Both the position numbers and the translations under genes were made by a program. DNA of 64,000 bases from Anaerolinea sp. (lineage in GTDB: Bacteria; Chloroflexota; Anaerolineae; Anaerolineales; Anaerolineaceae). Positions 8,005-17,502 of the stretch are shown piece after piece. The stretch lies in assembly GCA_020725865.1 (NCBI GenBank), contig DYEC01000007.1, forward strand, positions 2,346-66,345. Reading direction: 5' to 3'. The notes beneath the pieces were generated by a model that was not told the origin of the DNA, did not search any database, and saw only the letters and a program-made list of their open reading frames with translations. Numbering within the stretch: the stretch's first letter is position 1; each line of letters opens with the position of its first letter.

Positions 8005-9290
8005 CGAACGATGACCTGACTGCGTTCCGGACCAACCGAGATGTAGCGCACCGGCACCCCGCTGATCGCTTCAATGCGCCGGATATACTCCTGCGCCAAA
8101 CGCGGCAGGTCTTCCCAGCGCCGCGCGCCGCGCACATCCTCCTGCCATCCGGGGAGTTCTTCATAAACTGCCTCAAACGGCGAAAGGTCAGCAGGTCCAA
8201 GAGGCAGTGTCTCATGCACGCCGTTTTCTGAACGATATGCTGTGCATATCTTGATGTCCGGCAAGCCGCTGAGGATATCCAGCTTGGTGACTGCCAGCTC
8301 GCTCACACCATTCAGACGCATGGCATAGCGCAGTAAGACACCATCCAGCCAGCCCACCCGCCGCGGGCGTCCGGTGGTTGTGCCGAATTCATCCCAGGGG
8401 TTAGCACCGGTGCCGCGCAGTCGTTCTGCCATCTCCCCAAATACTTCTGTCGGGAACGGTCCAGAGCCGACCCGCGTTTGAAAGGCTTTGGTCACACCGA
8501 CCACGCGATCAACCGGAAGAACGCCCAATCCCAGACCGGTCAATGCGCCGGGCGCTGTGGGGGTGGAACTGGTAACAAACGGATAAGTACCATGATCCAA
8601 ATCCAGCAGGGTACCCTGTGCACCTTCGGCAAGAACGCGCCCGCCCTTTTGCAGGACTTCCATAATCAACGCACCAACATCGCGTATATAGGGTGCCAAT
8701 ACTTCAGCATAGCCGCTGAATTCTTCCACAATCGCCTGGACTGCCAGCGGTTCTGCGCTATACATTTGAGTCAGCCAGCGGTTGGTCTCTTCTAAATGAG
8801 CGGTCAACTTATGGCGAAAGCGTGGCACATCCAGCATATCTTCCATGCGCAGCCCACGACGGGCAACTTTATCCGTATAAGCAGGACCAATCCCGCGCCC
8901 GGTAGTGCCAATCTGTGCACCGCCACGTGCCGCTTCCTGAGCGCGGTCAAGCGCCTGATGCGCCGGGGTGAGCAGGTGGGCAGCATGGGAAATGCCCAGA
9001 CGTTGCGGGTCAACCGTCAACCCATTCTGGCGCAGCATATCTATTTCCTTCAGCAGAACCGCAGGATTAACCACCAGCCCGTTGCCAATGACACCGATCG
9101 TCTGCGAGTGGATCATACCGGAAGGGAGCAGATGGAGCTTGAACGTCTGCCCGCCGACCGTTACCGTATGCCCAGCGTTGTCACCGCCATTATAACGAGC
9201 AACCACCACTGCCTCTTCGGAAAGCAAATCCACCACACGCCCCTTACCCTCATCGCCCCATTGCGTGCCAATGATAATCTCAAACGGCAT
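8001..9290 (-). CDS. purA: Adenylosuccinate synthase
   Basis: MPFEIIIGTQWGDEGKGRVVD is the canonical N-terminus. I place the start at ATG 9290 (cat at 9288-9290). The ORF-track start at 9413 adds 41 non-conserved residues. Confidence 0.95.
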   Translation of the reverse strand: MPFEIIIGTQWGDEGKGRVVDLLSEEAVVVARYNGGDNAGHTVTVGGQTFKLHLLPSGMIHSQTIGVIGNGLVVNPAVLLKEIDMLRQNGLTVDPQRLGISHAAHLLTPAHQALDRAQEAARGGAQIGTTGRGIGPAYTDKVARRGLRMEDMLDVPRFRHKLTAHLEETNRWLTQMYSAEPLAVQAIVEEFSGYAEVLAPYIRDVGALIMEVLQKGGRVLAEGAQGTLLDLDHGTYPFVTSSTPTAPGALTGLGLGVLPVDRVVGVTKAFQTRVGSGPFPTEVFGEMAERLRGTGANPWDEFGTTTGRPRRVGWLDGVLLRYAMRLNGVSELAVTKLDILSGLPDIKICTAYRSENGVHETLPLGPADLSPFEAVYEELPGWQEDVRGARRWEDLPRLAQEYIRRIEAISGVPVRYISVGPERSQVIVR

Positions 9291-9443
9291 AAAAACCTCC
9301 TTTGTAATAAGCCCTTTGCAAACTGCTTCACCATTGATTATAACAGGGCTGGTCGTGCACTTGAACCCAATCCCAAACAGCTCGCTTTTTTGAAGTAAAA
9401 TGTAATTTGGCAATGTGTGTTTGTATATCCAGGGGTTTCTGAC

Positions 9444-12400
9444 ATGTTCCGTATTCAGCTACTCGGTTCGCCACTGCTGACGTACAATGAGCGCCCTGTC
9501 GTCATTCAGCGTCTGCTCCTGCGCTCATTACTTTTCTACCTCGCCTGCCAGAAGGATGTGGTGGGAAGAAGCACCCTGGTGTTCCTTTTCTGGCCTGATG
9601 AACCGGAAGATAAGGCACGCGAAAGACTGCGGGATGTTTTGAGTAAACTGCGCACCCAATTGCCCGAACCGGATATGCTGGTAACTTACATGGATACGGT
9701 TCGGCTGGACGCCAGCCGGGTATGGGTGGATGTGCTGGAGTTTGAACAGTTGATTTACCAGGCACGCCAGGAAATCGCGCGTTTAGAACCAGACCGGCCG
9801 CTACCGCAAAAGGTCTATAATTGGCTGGCGGAGGCAGTCAGGCTATGGCGTGGTGACTCTTTTCTGGCAGGTGTTCAACTCCCTGCCACCAGTGAGTTTG
9901 ATGACTGGTTCACCAGAACCAGCCAGAGTCTGCAACGGTCTTACCAGTATGCGCTGGAACGGCTGGGGCAGAATAGCATGATTCTCGGCAACCTGGATGT
10001 GGCGCTTGAGTGGTGGGAGCTTGCCTTGCAGCGTGATGAGTTGAACGATACCTACCACTACCAATACCTGACCTGCCTATGCCAACTCGGACGCTTTCGC
10101 GAAGCCCTGCAACATTGTGACCACGCTCGCAACCTGTTTCTCAAAGAAATTCAGGACATACCGGAAAACCTGCTACAACTATGTCAGCGCATTCACCAAC
10201 AGGCAAATGAGAGTGGCTGGCAGAAGGCAGATGGCGTAACCTGGACATTTCCATTGAAGCACCAATCACCTTTCATTGGCAGAAAAACACTACTCGGCGA
10301 GATGAAAACCATGCTGTTGATGAGCGGAGGTGCAACGGCACTTGTCGGCGAGTCGGGAATTGGTAAAACTCGTCTGGTTTATGAACTGTACCAGAGCCTG
10401 CAAACTGCACCCCGTCTGCTGCTGGCACGCGGGCGGGCATTGGAAAGTCATTTGCCATTCCAGCCTTTAATTGATACCCTGCGCCAGTCTGTATTCCCTG
10501 AAGAATGGAAACAACTCGATACACCCTGGCGAGCGGCTCTGGCAGAACTGTTGCCGGAGATTGCCGAAGGCATTCCAGCTCACCAGAACGAAAGAGAAAT
10601 AAGCCGCAATCAGCTTTTCGAAGCCCTGTATCAATTGCTGTGCGTTCTGACCGGTAAGTCCATTGGCGGCGGCGGTCGGCGTATACTGTTCTTCATGGAT
10701 GATGCTCACTGGTGCGATGAAGCTACACTGTCAGCGCTGGCTTACCTCCTGGAACGCCGTTTCTTTGCAGAAAACGGTTTGCTGGTTCTAGCTGTTCAAA
10801 GTGAACAAACTGCTCCCCAACTGGATCAATATCTCCATCATTTTCAAACCACCGGACTGCTCAAAGTGCTGCCGCTGGAAGCGTTCTCGGTTGCGGAAGT
10901 CAACGAGCTGACGCGCCGCGTGTTGGGTAAAAAAGTGAGCGGCGAGATTGCTGGGCGGCTCACCAGAGACTGTGGCGGCAATCCATTATTATTGCTTGAA
11001 ACGCTTCGCAGTGCTCAGGACCAGTTCCCAGAAGCCCCGTTACAGGCGGCTACCGGCCGCTTAAGCCACCTTAACGCTTTGCGTACTTTGCTTAATGAAC
11101 GGTTACGGCGGTTAAGCCGCGAAGAGCGGGAATTGCTTTGCACCGCTGCGATGATCGGCAGTGAGTTTAGCCTGGATATTTTGCAAGCCGCCGCTCAAAC
11201 CGATCTATCGCAATTGGCAGTAATGCTCGAAACGCTGGAACATCTGCGCCTGATTCATCCGTTGCAGGAAAACAGTTTGTCCAATACCTCCACTGCGAAA
11301 GCCCTGTATGCGTTTAATCACGAGCGGATACGCGAAGTGTTGTTGCTGGAGCTGGGCACAGCACAACGCCGCGCCATTAGCCTAAAGGTGGCAAAAGCTC
11401 TGGAGAATAGCGAAAACCCCCTTGTTCATCAAGCGGCTATACTGGCCCATCACTTTGAAGAGGGCGGCGAGTACCGTAAAGCATTTCACTACTGGCTGGA
11501 GGCTGCCCAATATGCACAGCGCCTTTTCGGGCGCACTGAAGCCTACGATGCTTTTCGTCAGGCAGAGCGGCTGTTGATACGTTTAGGGTATGCCCTGCCC
11601 GAAAGCGACATCTATCAGCTTTTTTCATCATGGGCTGAGCTGGCCGGCCAGAGCGACGACAGAGAAGTTCTGATCCATCTTTATTCGTCCGTTGAGCAGC
11701 TTGGCAACCGTGTGCGAAGTTCACTGCTGACCGGCTTCGGTTTAATGGGGAATGCGTTGGTGATGATAATGCGCAATCAGTATGGACAGGCATTAACCAC
11801 CATAAACCGTGCTCTGGATTATTTAGAAAAAGCCGGTAACCAGTATGAGATTGCTCAATGTTATCAGTGGCGCGGTGTTCTTCATGCTTATTTGAATCTA
11901 AATCAGAAAGCCCTTGCAGACCTGGAGCGCGCCTTGCAAGTTAGTCAGAACAGTCTTGACCCGCGCATGCGCCAGGCAGTGGTTAATGCTCGTATTTACC
12001 TTTCGCTGGTCTATACGCTGCGCGGCTGGCCTCAAGAGGGTTACAAGCTGGCAGATCAGGCACTGCATGAAAGCCGACAACTCATGTACCCAAGCGGCAT
12101 CGTGCGTTCGAAAGCGGTAGCTTCTCGCGCCTTATTCTATCTTGGACGCTATCATGAAGTTCTTGAATTATGCAAATTGGGCATCCAGCGTTCGGAGGCG
12201 ATAGAAAATTACCGTACTACTGCCCGCTTGAACGTGCACGCCGGGCAGGCATATCTGGCGTTGGGCTATCTGGACGAGAGCTGGCAGCACCTTCAAACCG
12301 CGTTACAAATCGGACAGGAAAGGGGATTTACGGATGTTGTCTGCGAAGGATTGTGTTATCAGGGTGAGCTGTACCGAATACTTAATGCAACAGAGCAGGC

Positions 12401-12986
12401 AATGTCCAGTTTCGAACAGGGAGCTTCATCAGTAGAAAGCTTTTACACACTGGATAACCGGTACCGCCTAGGACTAACACTTATGCTTGGAGGTGCTTAC
12501 GAAACCGGGCTGGAACTGGTACAGAGAACCATCAACGCTGCGGAGCAGGCAGACCTGGCAGCCGTCTATCTGCCGGCGCAACTGGCACTGGCGCTGACAG
12601 AAGTTCAAAGAGGGGAAACGGAAAAAGCTTATGAAATTGCCAAAACCCTTGAAAACCAAATTACCCAGCGAGGTTATGGCACTATGCTGGGCACCATTGA
12701 AATGATACGTTTTGAGCATGCGCTGATGCGCGGAGATTTGGAAACAGCACAATCAAGCGCGCAAAAAGCGATTGCGATTGGACAACGGCTGCCGAACCTC
12801 TTTATGGAGCTATTCGGACATCATCTGGCAGTGCGCCTCGCCAGACAAGGCGGTCAACCCGCTGAAGAGAGTGAACAAACGATCATTCGTTTGTTGGATG
12901 AAATTGAGAACCATGCACACGACCCGCATATCCGCCCGCTATACGAAAAATTCCGCCAAAAGATGCTGGGGAGCCTGAGCATCTAA
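9444..12986 (+). CDS. SARP/AfsR-like STAND regulator: winged-helix + BTAD domain, P-loop NTPase, C-terminal TPR array
   Basis: About 1180 aa. The N-terminus MFRIQLLGSPLL...RSLLFYLA...LFWPDEPEDKARERLRDVLSKLR plus WVDVLEFEQL...LWRGDSFL is BTAD-like. The Walker A is GESGIGKTRL and the Walker B region is ILFFMDDAHWCDE. About 600 aa of TPR-like repeats follow. The ORF-track start at 9417 is 9 codons upstream. Confidence 0.8.
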   Translation: MFRIQLLGSPLLTYNERPVVIQRLLLRSLLFYLACQKDVVGRSTLVFLFWPDEPEDKARERLRDVLSKLRTQLPEPDMLVTYMDTVRLDASRVWVDVLEFEQLIYQARQEIARLEPDRPLPQKVYNWLAEAVRLWRGDSFLAGVQLPATSEFDDWFTRTSQSLQRSYQYALERLGQNSMILGNLDVALEWWELALQRDELNDTYHYQYLTCLCQLGRFREALQHCDHARNLFLKEIQDIPENLLQLCQRIHQQANESGWQKADGVTWTFPLKHQSPFIGRKTLLGEMKTMLLMSGGATALVGESGIGKTRLVYELYQSLQTAPRLLLARGRALESHLPFQPLIDTLRQSVFPEEWKQLDTPWRAALAELLPEIAEGIPAHQNEREISRNQLFEALYQLLCVLTGKSIGGGGRRILFFMDDAHWCDEATLSALAYLLERRFFAENGLLVLAVQSEQTAPQLDQYLHHFQTTGLLKVLPLEAFSVAEVNELTRRVLGKKVSGEIAGRLTRDCGGNPLLLLETLRSAQDQFPEAPLQAATGRLSHLNALRTLLNERLRRLSREERELLCTAAMIGSEFSLDILQAAAQTDLSQLAVMLETLEHLRLIHPLQENSLSNTSTAKALYAFNHERIREVLLLELGTAQRRAISLKVAKALENSENPLVHQAAILAHHFEEGGEYRKAFHYWLEAAQYAQRLFGRTEAYDAFRQAERLLIRLGYALPESDIYQLFSSWAELAGQSDDREVLIHLYSSVEQLGNRVRSSLLTGFGLMGNALVMIMRNQYGQALTTINRALDYLEKAGNQYEIAQCYQWRGVLHAYLNLNQKALADLERALQVSQNSLDPRMRQAVVNARIYLSLVYTLRGWPQEGYKLADQALHESRQLMYPSGIVRSKAVASRALFYLGRYHEVLELCKLGIQRSEAIENYRTTARLNVHAGQAYLALGYLDESWQHLQTALQIGQERGFTDVVCEGLCYQGELYRILNATEQAMSSFEQGASSVESFYTLDNRYRLGLTLMLGGAYETGLELVQRTINAAEQADLAAVYLPAQLALALTEVQRGETEKAYEIAKTLENQITQRGYGTMLGTIEMIRFEHALMRGDLETAQSSAQKAIAIGQRLPNLFMELFGHHLAVRLARQGGQPAEESEQTIIRLLDEIENHAHDPHIRPLYEKFRQKMLGSLSI

Positions 12987-13078
12987 ATCTTGTCTGCGAT
13001 TTGTCTACGATTATATTGTATAGTCAATATGCAAACCATTGCAAATAGGCGCAACGAGCAAGGGGCCTTGCGCAGGAA

Positions 13079-13128
13079 GGTCAGGTGCATGGAAAGGGGA
13101 CATGCAATTGACCTTCGTGATTTTATTT
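13079..13128 (+). terminator. Weak candidate terminator between the convergent STAND and mutS2 genes
   Basis: Nested stems GGTCA/TGACC (13079-13083 / 13109-13113) and GCATG/CATGC (13087-13091 / 13101-13105) are followed by TTCGTGATTTTATTT. Confidence 0.3.
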
Positions 13129-15501
13129 AAAGTGAGCCACCGTGACACCCTCACCTCCTTCGCTTTCCAGTCCAATTTCCCAGCGTTCCACGTAAGATGA
13201 GCGGTCCAACGCCTGGCGGATGACCTGACGCAAACGTCCCGTCCCTTTTCCGTGAATAATGCGCACGTATGGCAGCCCTGCCAGATATGCCTGTTCCAGA
13301 TAACGCTCCAGTTCATCCAGCGCATCATCTGCACGCTGACCGCGCACATCCAGCTCGACACCGGGTGAGGGACGCAAGACAATCGCCTGGGGTGCGGCTG
13401 ATTCAATTGTCCTGCGCAGGATGGTCGGTGTTTCCGGCTCGTTTTCATCGGTGCTCTGGATGTCTTCCTTTTTTGCACGCACCCGCAGTGCGCCGATTTG
13501 CACCTCCAGCTCATCCTCATCCATATCTGTGATCAGTCCAACTTTATCCAATGTGCGCAAACGTACCCGGTCTCCAATTTGCAACGGACGTGATCTTGCT
13601 TTGACATGACGGCGGCGCGGCGGCGCCTGCTCTACAACAGTTTCCAGAGCTTCCACCTGTTCTTGCAGAGGTTTGAGCACCTCCAGCGGCTGGCGGGCGC
13701 GCTTCAGCTCGCGGCGCAGTGTCTCGATTTCCTCCCTGAGTGCCGCCAGCTCTTCCTCGCTTTTTCGATGTGCTTCTTCCAGAACCGACTGCCGTTCGTC
13801 CTCAATCTGTTCCAGCCGCTTTTCCAGTTCAGCGCGCAGTTTCTCGGCTTCGCGCTGAGCCTGTTCCGCAGTGCGGCGCGCCTGCTGTGCCAAATTGCGC
13901 TGGCGGTGAATCTCGTCCAGCAAATCCTCCGCGCGCAGGTCTTGCGGATCAAGAGCAGAACGGGCGGTTTCTAGTACCTCTTTCGGCATTCCCAACCGCT
14001 CGGCAATCAGTAACGCATTGGAGCGCCCCGGTAATCCCATCAATAGCCGGTAAGTCGGGCGCAGTGTTTGCAGGTCAAACTCCATGCTGGCATTGGTGAT
14101 GCCGGGGGTGGTATGGGCAAAAGCCTTCAGCTCCGGATAATGGGTGGCTACCAGACAGGTGATTCGGCGTTGTATCAGATACGCGAGCAAAGCGCGCGCC
14201 AGCGCCGAACCCTCTTGTGGATCGGTGCCGGCGCCAAGCTCATCGAGTAAAACCAGCGAAGTGCGGTCGGCAAAGCGCAGGATGCGCACAATGTTGTGAA
14301 TATGCCCCGAAAACGTGGAAAGCGATTGCTCAATGGACTGCTCGTCGCCAATATCCGCAAAGACGTTGCGAAAAACGCTCAAAGCCGAGCCGGACTGCAC
14401 CGGAAGATGCAATCCGCACTGTGCCATCAGCACCATCAACCCCACCGTTTTCAAGGTGACGGTTTTGCCGCCGGTGTTGGGTCCGGTGATAACCAACCCG
14501 AAGTTAGCTTGATCTAACACAACATCCACCGGCACAACGGATTCGGGTGATAACAACGGGTGACGTGCCTGAAGCAAACGAATCGTCGTGCCGGGGTGTT
14601 TAGCAGTCGGGCGAATCTCAACCAGTTCCGGTTCGGCAGCGCGTAGATCATCGGCATACCGGGCGCACATCAGTGTCAGATCAAGTTCGCCCAGCGCGGC
14701 GAGGATATCTTGAATGCGCGCGGCATGTTCGCCAATCAGATTAGAGAGCGCGGTCAGGATGCGGCGTACTTCGTCCCGCTCCTCAAGTTGCAGTTCATGG
14801 TACTGATTGTTCAAATCCACCACTGCCAGCGGCTCAATGAACAGTGTCGCACCGGAAGCGGATTGATCATGAATCAGCGAGTGGATGCGCCCTTTAAACT
14901 CCGCCCGCAAAGGGATGACGTAACGCCCGCTACGCTGGGTGATGATCGCTTCCTGAAGCATGGGCGCCACCTGCGGGTCATTGATCATATGTTCCAGCTT
15001 AGCCAGAAGGCGTTGATGAGCAACTTTCAACTCACTGCGGATGGCAGCCAGCCGTGTTGAAGCACTGTCAAGCACTTCACCGCTTTCAGAAAGGGCGCGG
15101 CTGATAGCATCCACCACACCCGCCGGCGGAGGCAGACGCCTGCCGATCTCTGCCATGTGCGGCACCCGCTCGGCATGGTGTTCCAGCGTGCGTCCCAGTG
15201 TGCGGGCGGCAACAAGCGTATTTTTGACTGCCAGCAAGTCAACAGGATCGAGAACGCCGCCGCGCGCCGCCAAGTCCACCGGTACACGCACGTCCCGCGC
15301 TCCTCCGATACTGACATCCGACTGGATGCTCAAAAGCAGGCGCGCTTCACGGGTGAGTGTCTGGCGGTAGCGGGCTTTTTCCAGACTGGTTGTCGGACGC
15401 AGCCGGCGCGCCAGCTCGGCAGAAATCGGAAAAGCGGCATATCCCGCCAGCCGCTCCAGCACTTTATCGAATTCAAGCGTTCGCAGGGTTTTCTCGTTCA
15501 T
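13123..15501 (-). CDS. mutS2: Endonuclease MutS2 (MutS domain V ATPase + C-terminal Smr)
   Basis: MNEKTLRTLEFDKVLERLA is the N-terminus. The Walker A is ITGPNTGGKTVTLK. The C-terminal Smr domain reads ELDVRGQRADDALDELERYL...VRIIHGKGTGRLRQ. I place the start at ATG 15501; the ORF track extends to 15558. Confidence 0.95.
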   Translation of the reverse strand: MNEKTLRTLEFDKVLERLAGYAAFPISAELARRLRPTTSLEKARYRQTLTREARLLLSIQSDVSIGGARDVRVPVDLAARGGVLDPVDLLAVKNTLVAARTLGRTLEHHAERVPHMAEIGRRLPPPAGVVDAISRALSESGEVLDSASTRLAAIRSELKVAHQRLLAKLEHMINDPQVAPMLQEAIITQRSGRYVIPLRAEFKGRIHSLIHDQSASGATLFIEPLAVVDLNNQYHELQLEERDEVRRILTALSNLIGEHAARIQDILAALGELDLTLMCARYADDLRAAEPELVEIRPTAKHPGTTIRLLQARHPLLSPESVVPVDVVLDQANFGLVITGPNTGGKTVTLKTVGLMVLMAQCGLHLPVQSGSALSVFRNVFADIGDEQSIEQSLSTFSGHIHNIVRILRFADRTSLVLLDELGAGTDPQEGSALARALLAYLIQRRITCLVATHYPELKAFAHTTPGITNASMEFDLQTLRPTYRLLMGLPGRSNALLIAERLGMPKEVLETARSALDPQDLRAEDLLDEIHRQRNLAQQARRTAEQAQREAEKLRAELEKRLEQIEDERQSVLEEAHRKSEEELAALREEIETLRRELKRARQPLEVLKPLQEQVEALETVVEQAPPRRRHVKARSRPLQIGDRVRLRTLDKVGLITDMDEDELEVQIGALRVRAKKEDIQSTDENEPETPTILRRTIESAAPQAIVLRPSPGVELDVRGQRADDALDELERYLEQAYLAGLPYVRIIHGKGTGRLRQVIRQALDRSSYVERWEIGLESEGGEGVTVAHFK

Positions 15502-15588
15502 TGCATGGGCAAGTTTACCACGATTCGGTTGACAGGTTATTCTAAAGCGTACTGCCAATGAACCGCATTATGTTATACTTTTCCCGTC

Positions 15589-17496
15589 ATGTCACTTGTG
15601 CAGGCAGTCAACATCAGCAAAGCCTACGGAGCGCAGGATGTTTTCAGCGAGCTTTCTGCCAGCATCCCGTTGCGGGCACGTATCGGGCTGGTGGGGGCAA
15701 ACGGCGTGGGCAAAACAACCCTGCTGCGTATTCTCATCGGTTTGGAAGAGCCTTCCGGCGGTGAGGTACAGCGCGCTCGCAGTCTGCGCATCGGTTACCT
15801 CCCGCAGGAAGCAGTGCAGGCCAAGCAGAATACACTGTGGGAAGAATGCCAGCAAGCCTTTGCCTCTCTGCACGCGCTGCAACTGGAACTGCAATCGCTG
15901 GAACGCGAAATGCGTCACCGGCCGCAGGACCGTGCGGTGCTGGAAGCCTACGGCAAAAAGCAGGCAGAGTTTGAGCATCTGGGCGGCTACACCTACGAAA
16001 CACGCATCGAGCAAACGTTGAGCGGGCTGGGTTTTGAGCGCAACGATTACCACCGCCCGCTGACCCAGCTTTCCGGCGGACAGCGCACGCGCGCTCTGCT
16101 GGCGCGTTTGCTGCTGGAAGACCCCGATTTGCTGTTGCTGGATGAGCCGACTAACCATCTGGATATTACTGCCATCGAATGGCTGGAGGATTACCTGCGC
16201 GACTGGCAAGGCGCAGCGTTGATTGTCTCGCATGACCGCTACTTTCTCGACCGTGTGGTCAACACTATCTGGGAAATGACCCCCGCGCTGGAAATTTACC
16301 ACGGCAATTACAGCGCCTACCTGCAACAACGCGGTGAACGCTACCAGCGCCGGCTGGAGGAATATCAGGCACAGCAGGCTCTGATTGAAAAAGAAGAGGA
16401 ATTTATCCGCCGCAACCTTGCCGGGCAGAATACCCGTCAGGCGCAGGGACGGCGCAAACGGCTGGAGCGTCTGCTGGAAGAGTCACGCCTCACTCCCCCG
16501 CAGGAAACGCGGCGTATTCACTTGAAACTTCAGCCCGTTGCCCGCTCCGGTGATCTGGTTCTGCGTACCAACGGATTGAGCATCGGTTATGCCGATGAAG
16601 GGCGCCCGCTTTTTTCTGTGCCAGACCTAATTTTACAGCGCGGGGAGTGCGCCGCCATTCTTGGACCCAACGGTGCCGGCAAGACAACGTTTCTTAAGAC
16701 TCTTCTGGGCCAGGTGCCGCCTTTTTCGGGTGAGGTTATCCTGGGCGCCAGTTTGCGTATTGGTTACTTTGCACAGGCTCATGAGAGCTTGCACCCGGAA
16801 CGGACGCTGATGCAGGAAATCGAAGAAGTTGCTCCAAAGATGCTGCCAGCGGAAATCCGCAACTATCTGGCAAAGTTTCTTTTTAGCGGCGACGATGTGT
16901 TCAAGACTGTCGAAACGCTTTCCGGGGGGGAACGCAGCCGGCTGGCGCTTGCCTGTCTGGCACTGCAGGGTGCCAACCTGCTGCTCCTGGATGAACCGAC
17001 CAATCACCTTGACCTGCCTTCGCAGGAAGCTCTGCAGGCAGTTCTGGCGGCGTATCAGGGGACGATTTTGCTGGTTTCGCACGACCGTTATCTGATTGAC
17101 GCGCTGGCAACGCAAATCTGGGAAGTGATGCCCAATGAGGCAGAACTGCGCATTTTCGACGGCACCTACAGCGAATACAAAGCCGCCCGTCAGACAGAGA
17201 CAGCGGCAGCCGCACAGGCTGAAAAAATTCAGCCCTCACAACAACGCTCACCTGCACGTCCGGTCGCCAAAATCAGCAAAGAAACTCAGCGCAAACACCG
17301 CCAGCGCATTCAAGCTCTGGAAGAAGAAATTGCCGCCCTCGAAGCACAAATGGCAGTCATCAGCCGGCGGCTTGAGCAACCCCCTGCCGATCCTGCACTG
17401 GTGCAGAAACTCGGGCAGGAATACGTGGCGCTGGAGCGCGCGCTGGAGCAACGCCTTGAAATGTGGGATACACTGACACAACAGGAATATTGCTGA
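15589..17496 (+). CDS. ABC-F family ATPase (Uup/EttA-like translation factor)
   Basis: 635 aa with two ABC cassettes and no TM domain. The cassettes show GANGVGKTTLL / LSGGQRTRALL / LLLDEPTNHLD and GPNGAGKTTFL / LSGGERSRLAL / LLLDEPTNHLD. The tail is a C-terminal coiled coil. Confidence 0.9.
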   Translation: MSLVQAVNISKAYGAQDVFSELSASIPLRARIGLVGANGVGKTTLLRILIGLEEPSGGEVQRARSLRIGYLPQEAVQAKQNTLWEECQQAFASLHALQLELQSLEREMRHRPQDRAVLEAYGKKQAEFEHLGGYTYETRIEQTLSGLGFERNDYHRPLTQLSGGQRTRALLARLLLEDPDLLLLDEPTNHLDITAIEWLEDYLRDWQGAALIVSHDRYFLDRVVNTIWEMTPALEIYHGNYSAYLQQRGERYQRRLEEYQAQQALIEKEEEFIRRNLAGQNTRQAQGRRKRLERLLEESRLTPPQETRRIHLKLQPVARSGDLVLRTNGLSIGYADEGRPLFSVPDLILQRGECAAILGPNGAGKTTFLKTLLGQVPPFSGEVILGASLRIGYFAQAHESLHPERTLMQEIEEVAPKMLPAEIRNYLAKFLFSGDDVFKTVETLSGGERSRLALACLALQGANLLLLDEPTNHLDLPSQEALQAVLAAYQGTILLVSHDRYLIDALATQIWEVMPNEAELRIFDGTYSEYKAARQTETAAAAQAEKIQPSQQRSPARPVAKISKETQRKHRQRIQALEEEIAALEAQMAVISRRLEQPPADPALVQKLGQEYVALERALEQRLEMWDTLTQQEYC

Positions 17497-17502
17497 ACCG
17501 TT

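Noticed and set aside
9291-9413. 41-codon N-terminal extension of purA in the ORF track
   Set aside because: The canonical PurA N-terminus (MPFEIIIGTQWGDEGKG) begins at ATG 9290. The upstream residues are not conserved-looking.
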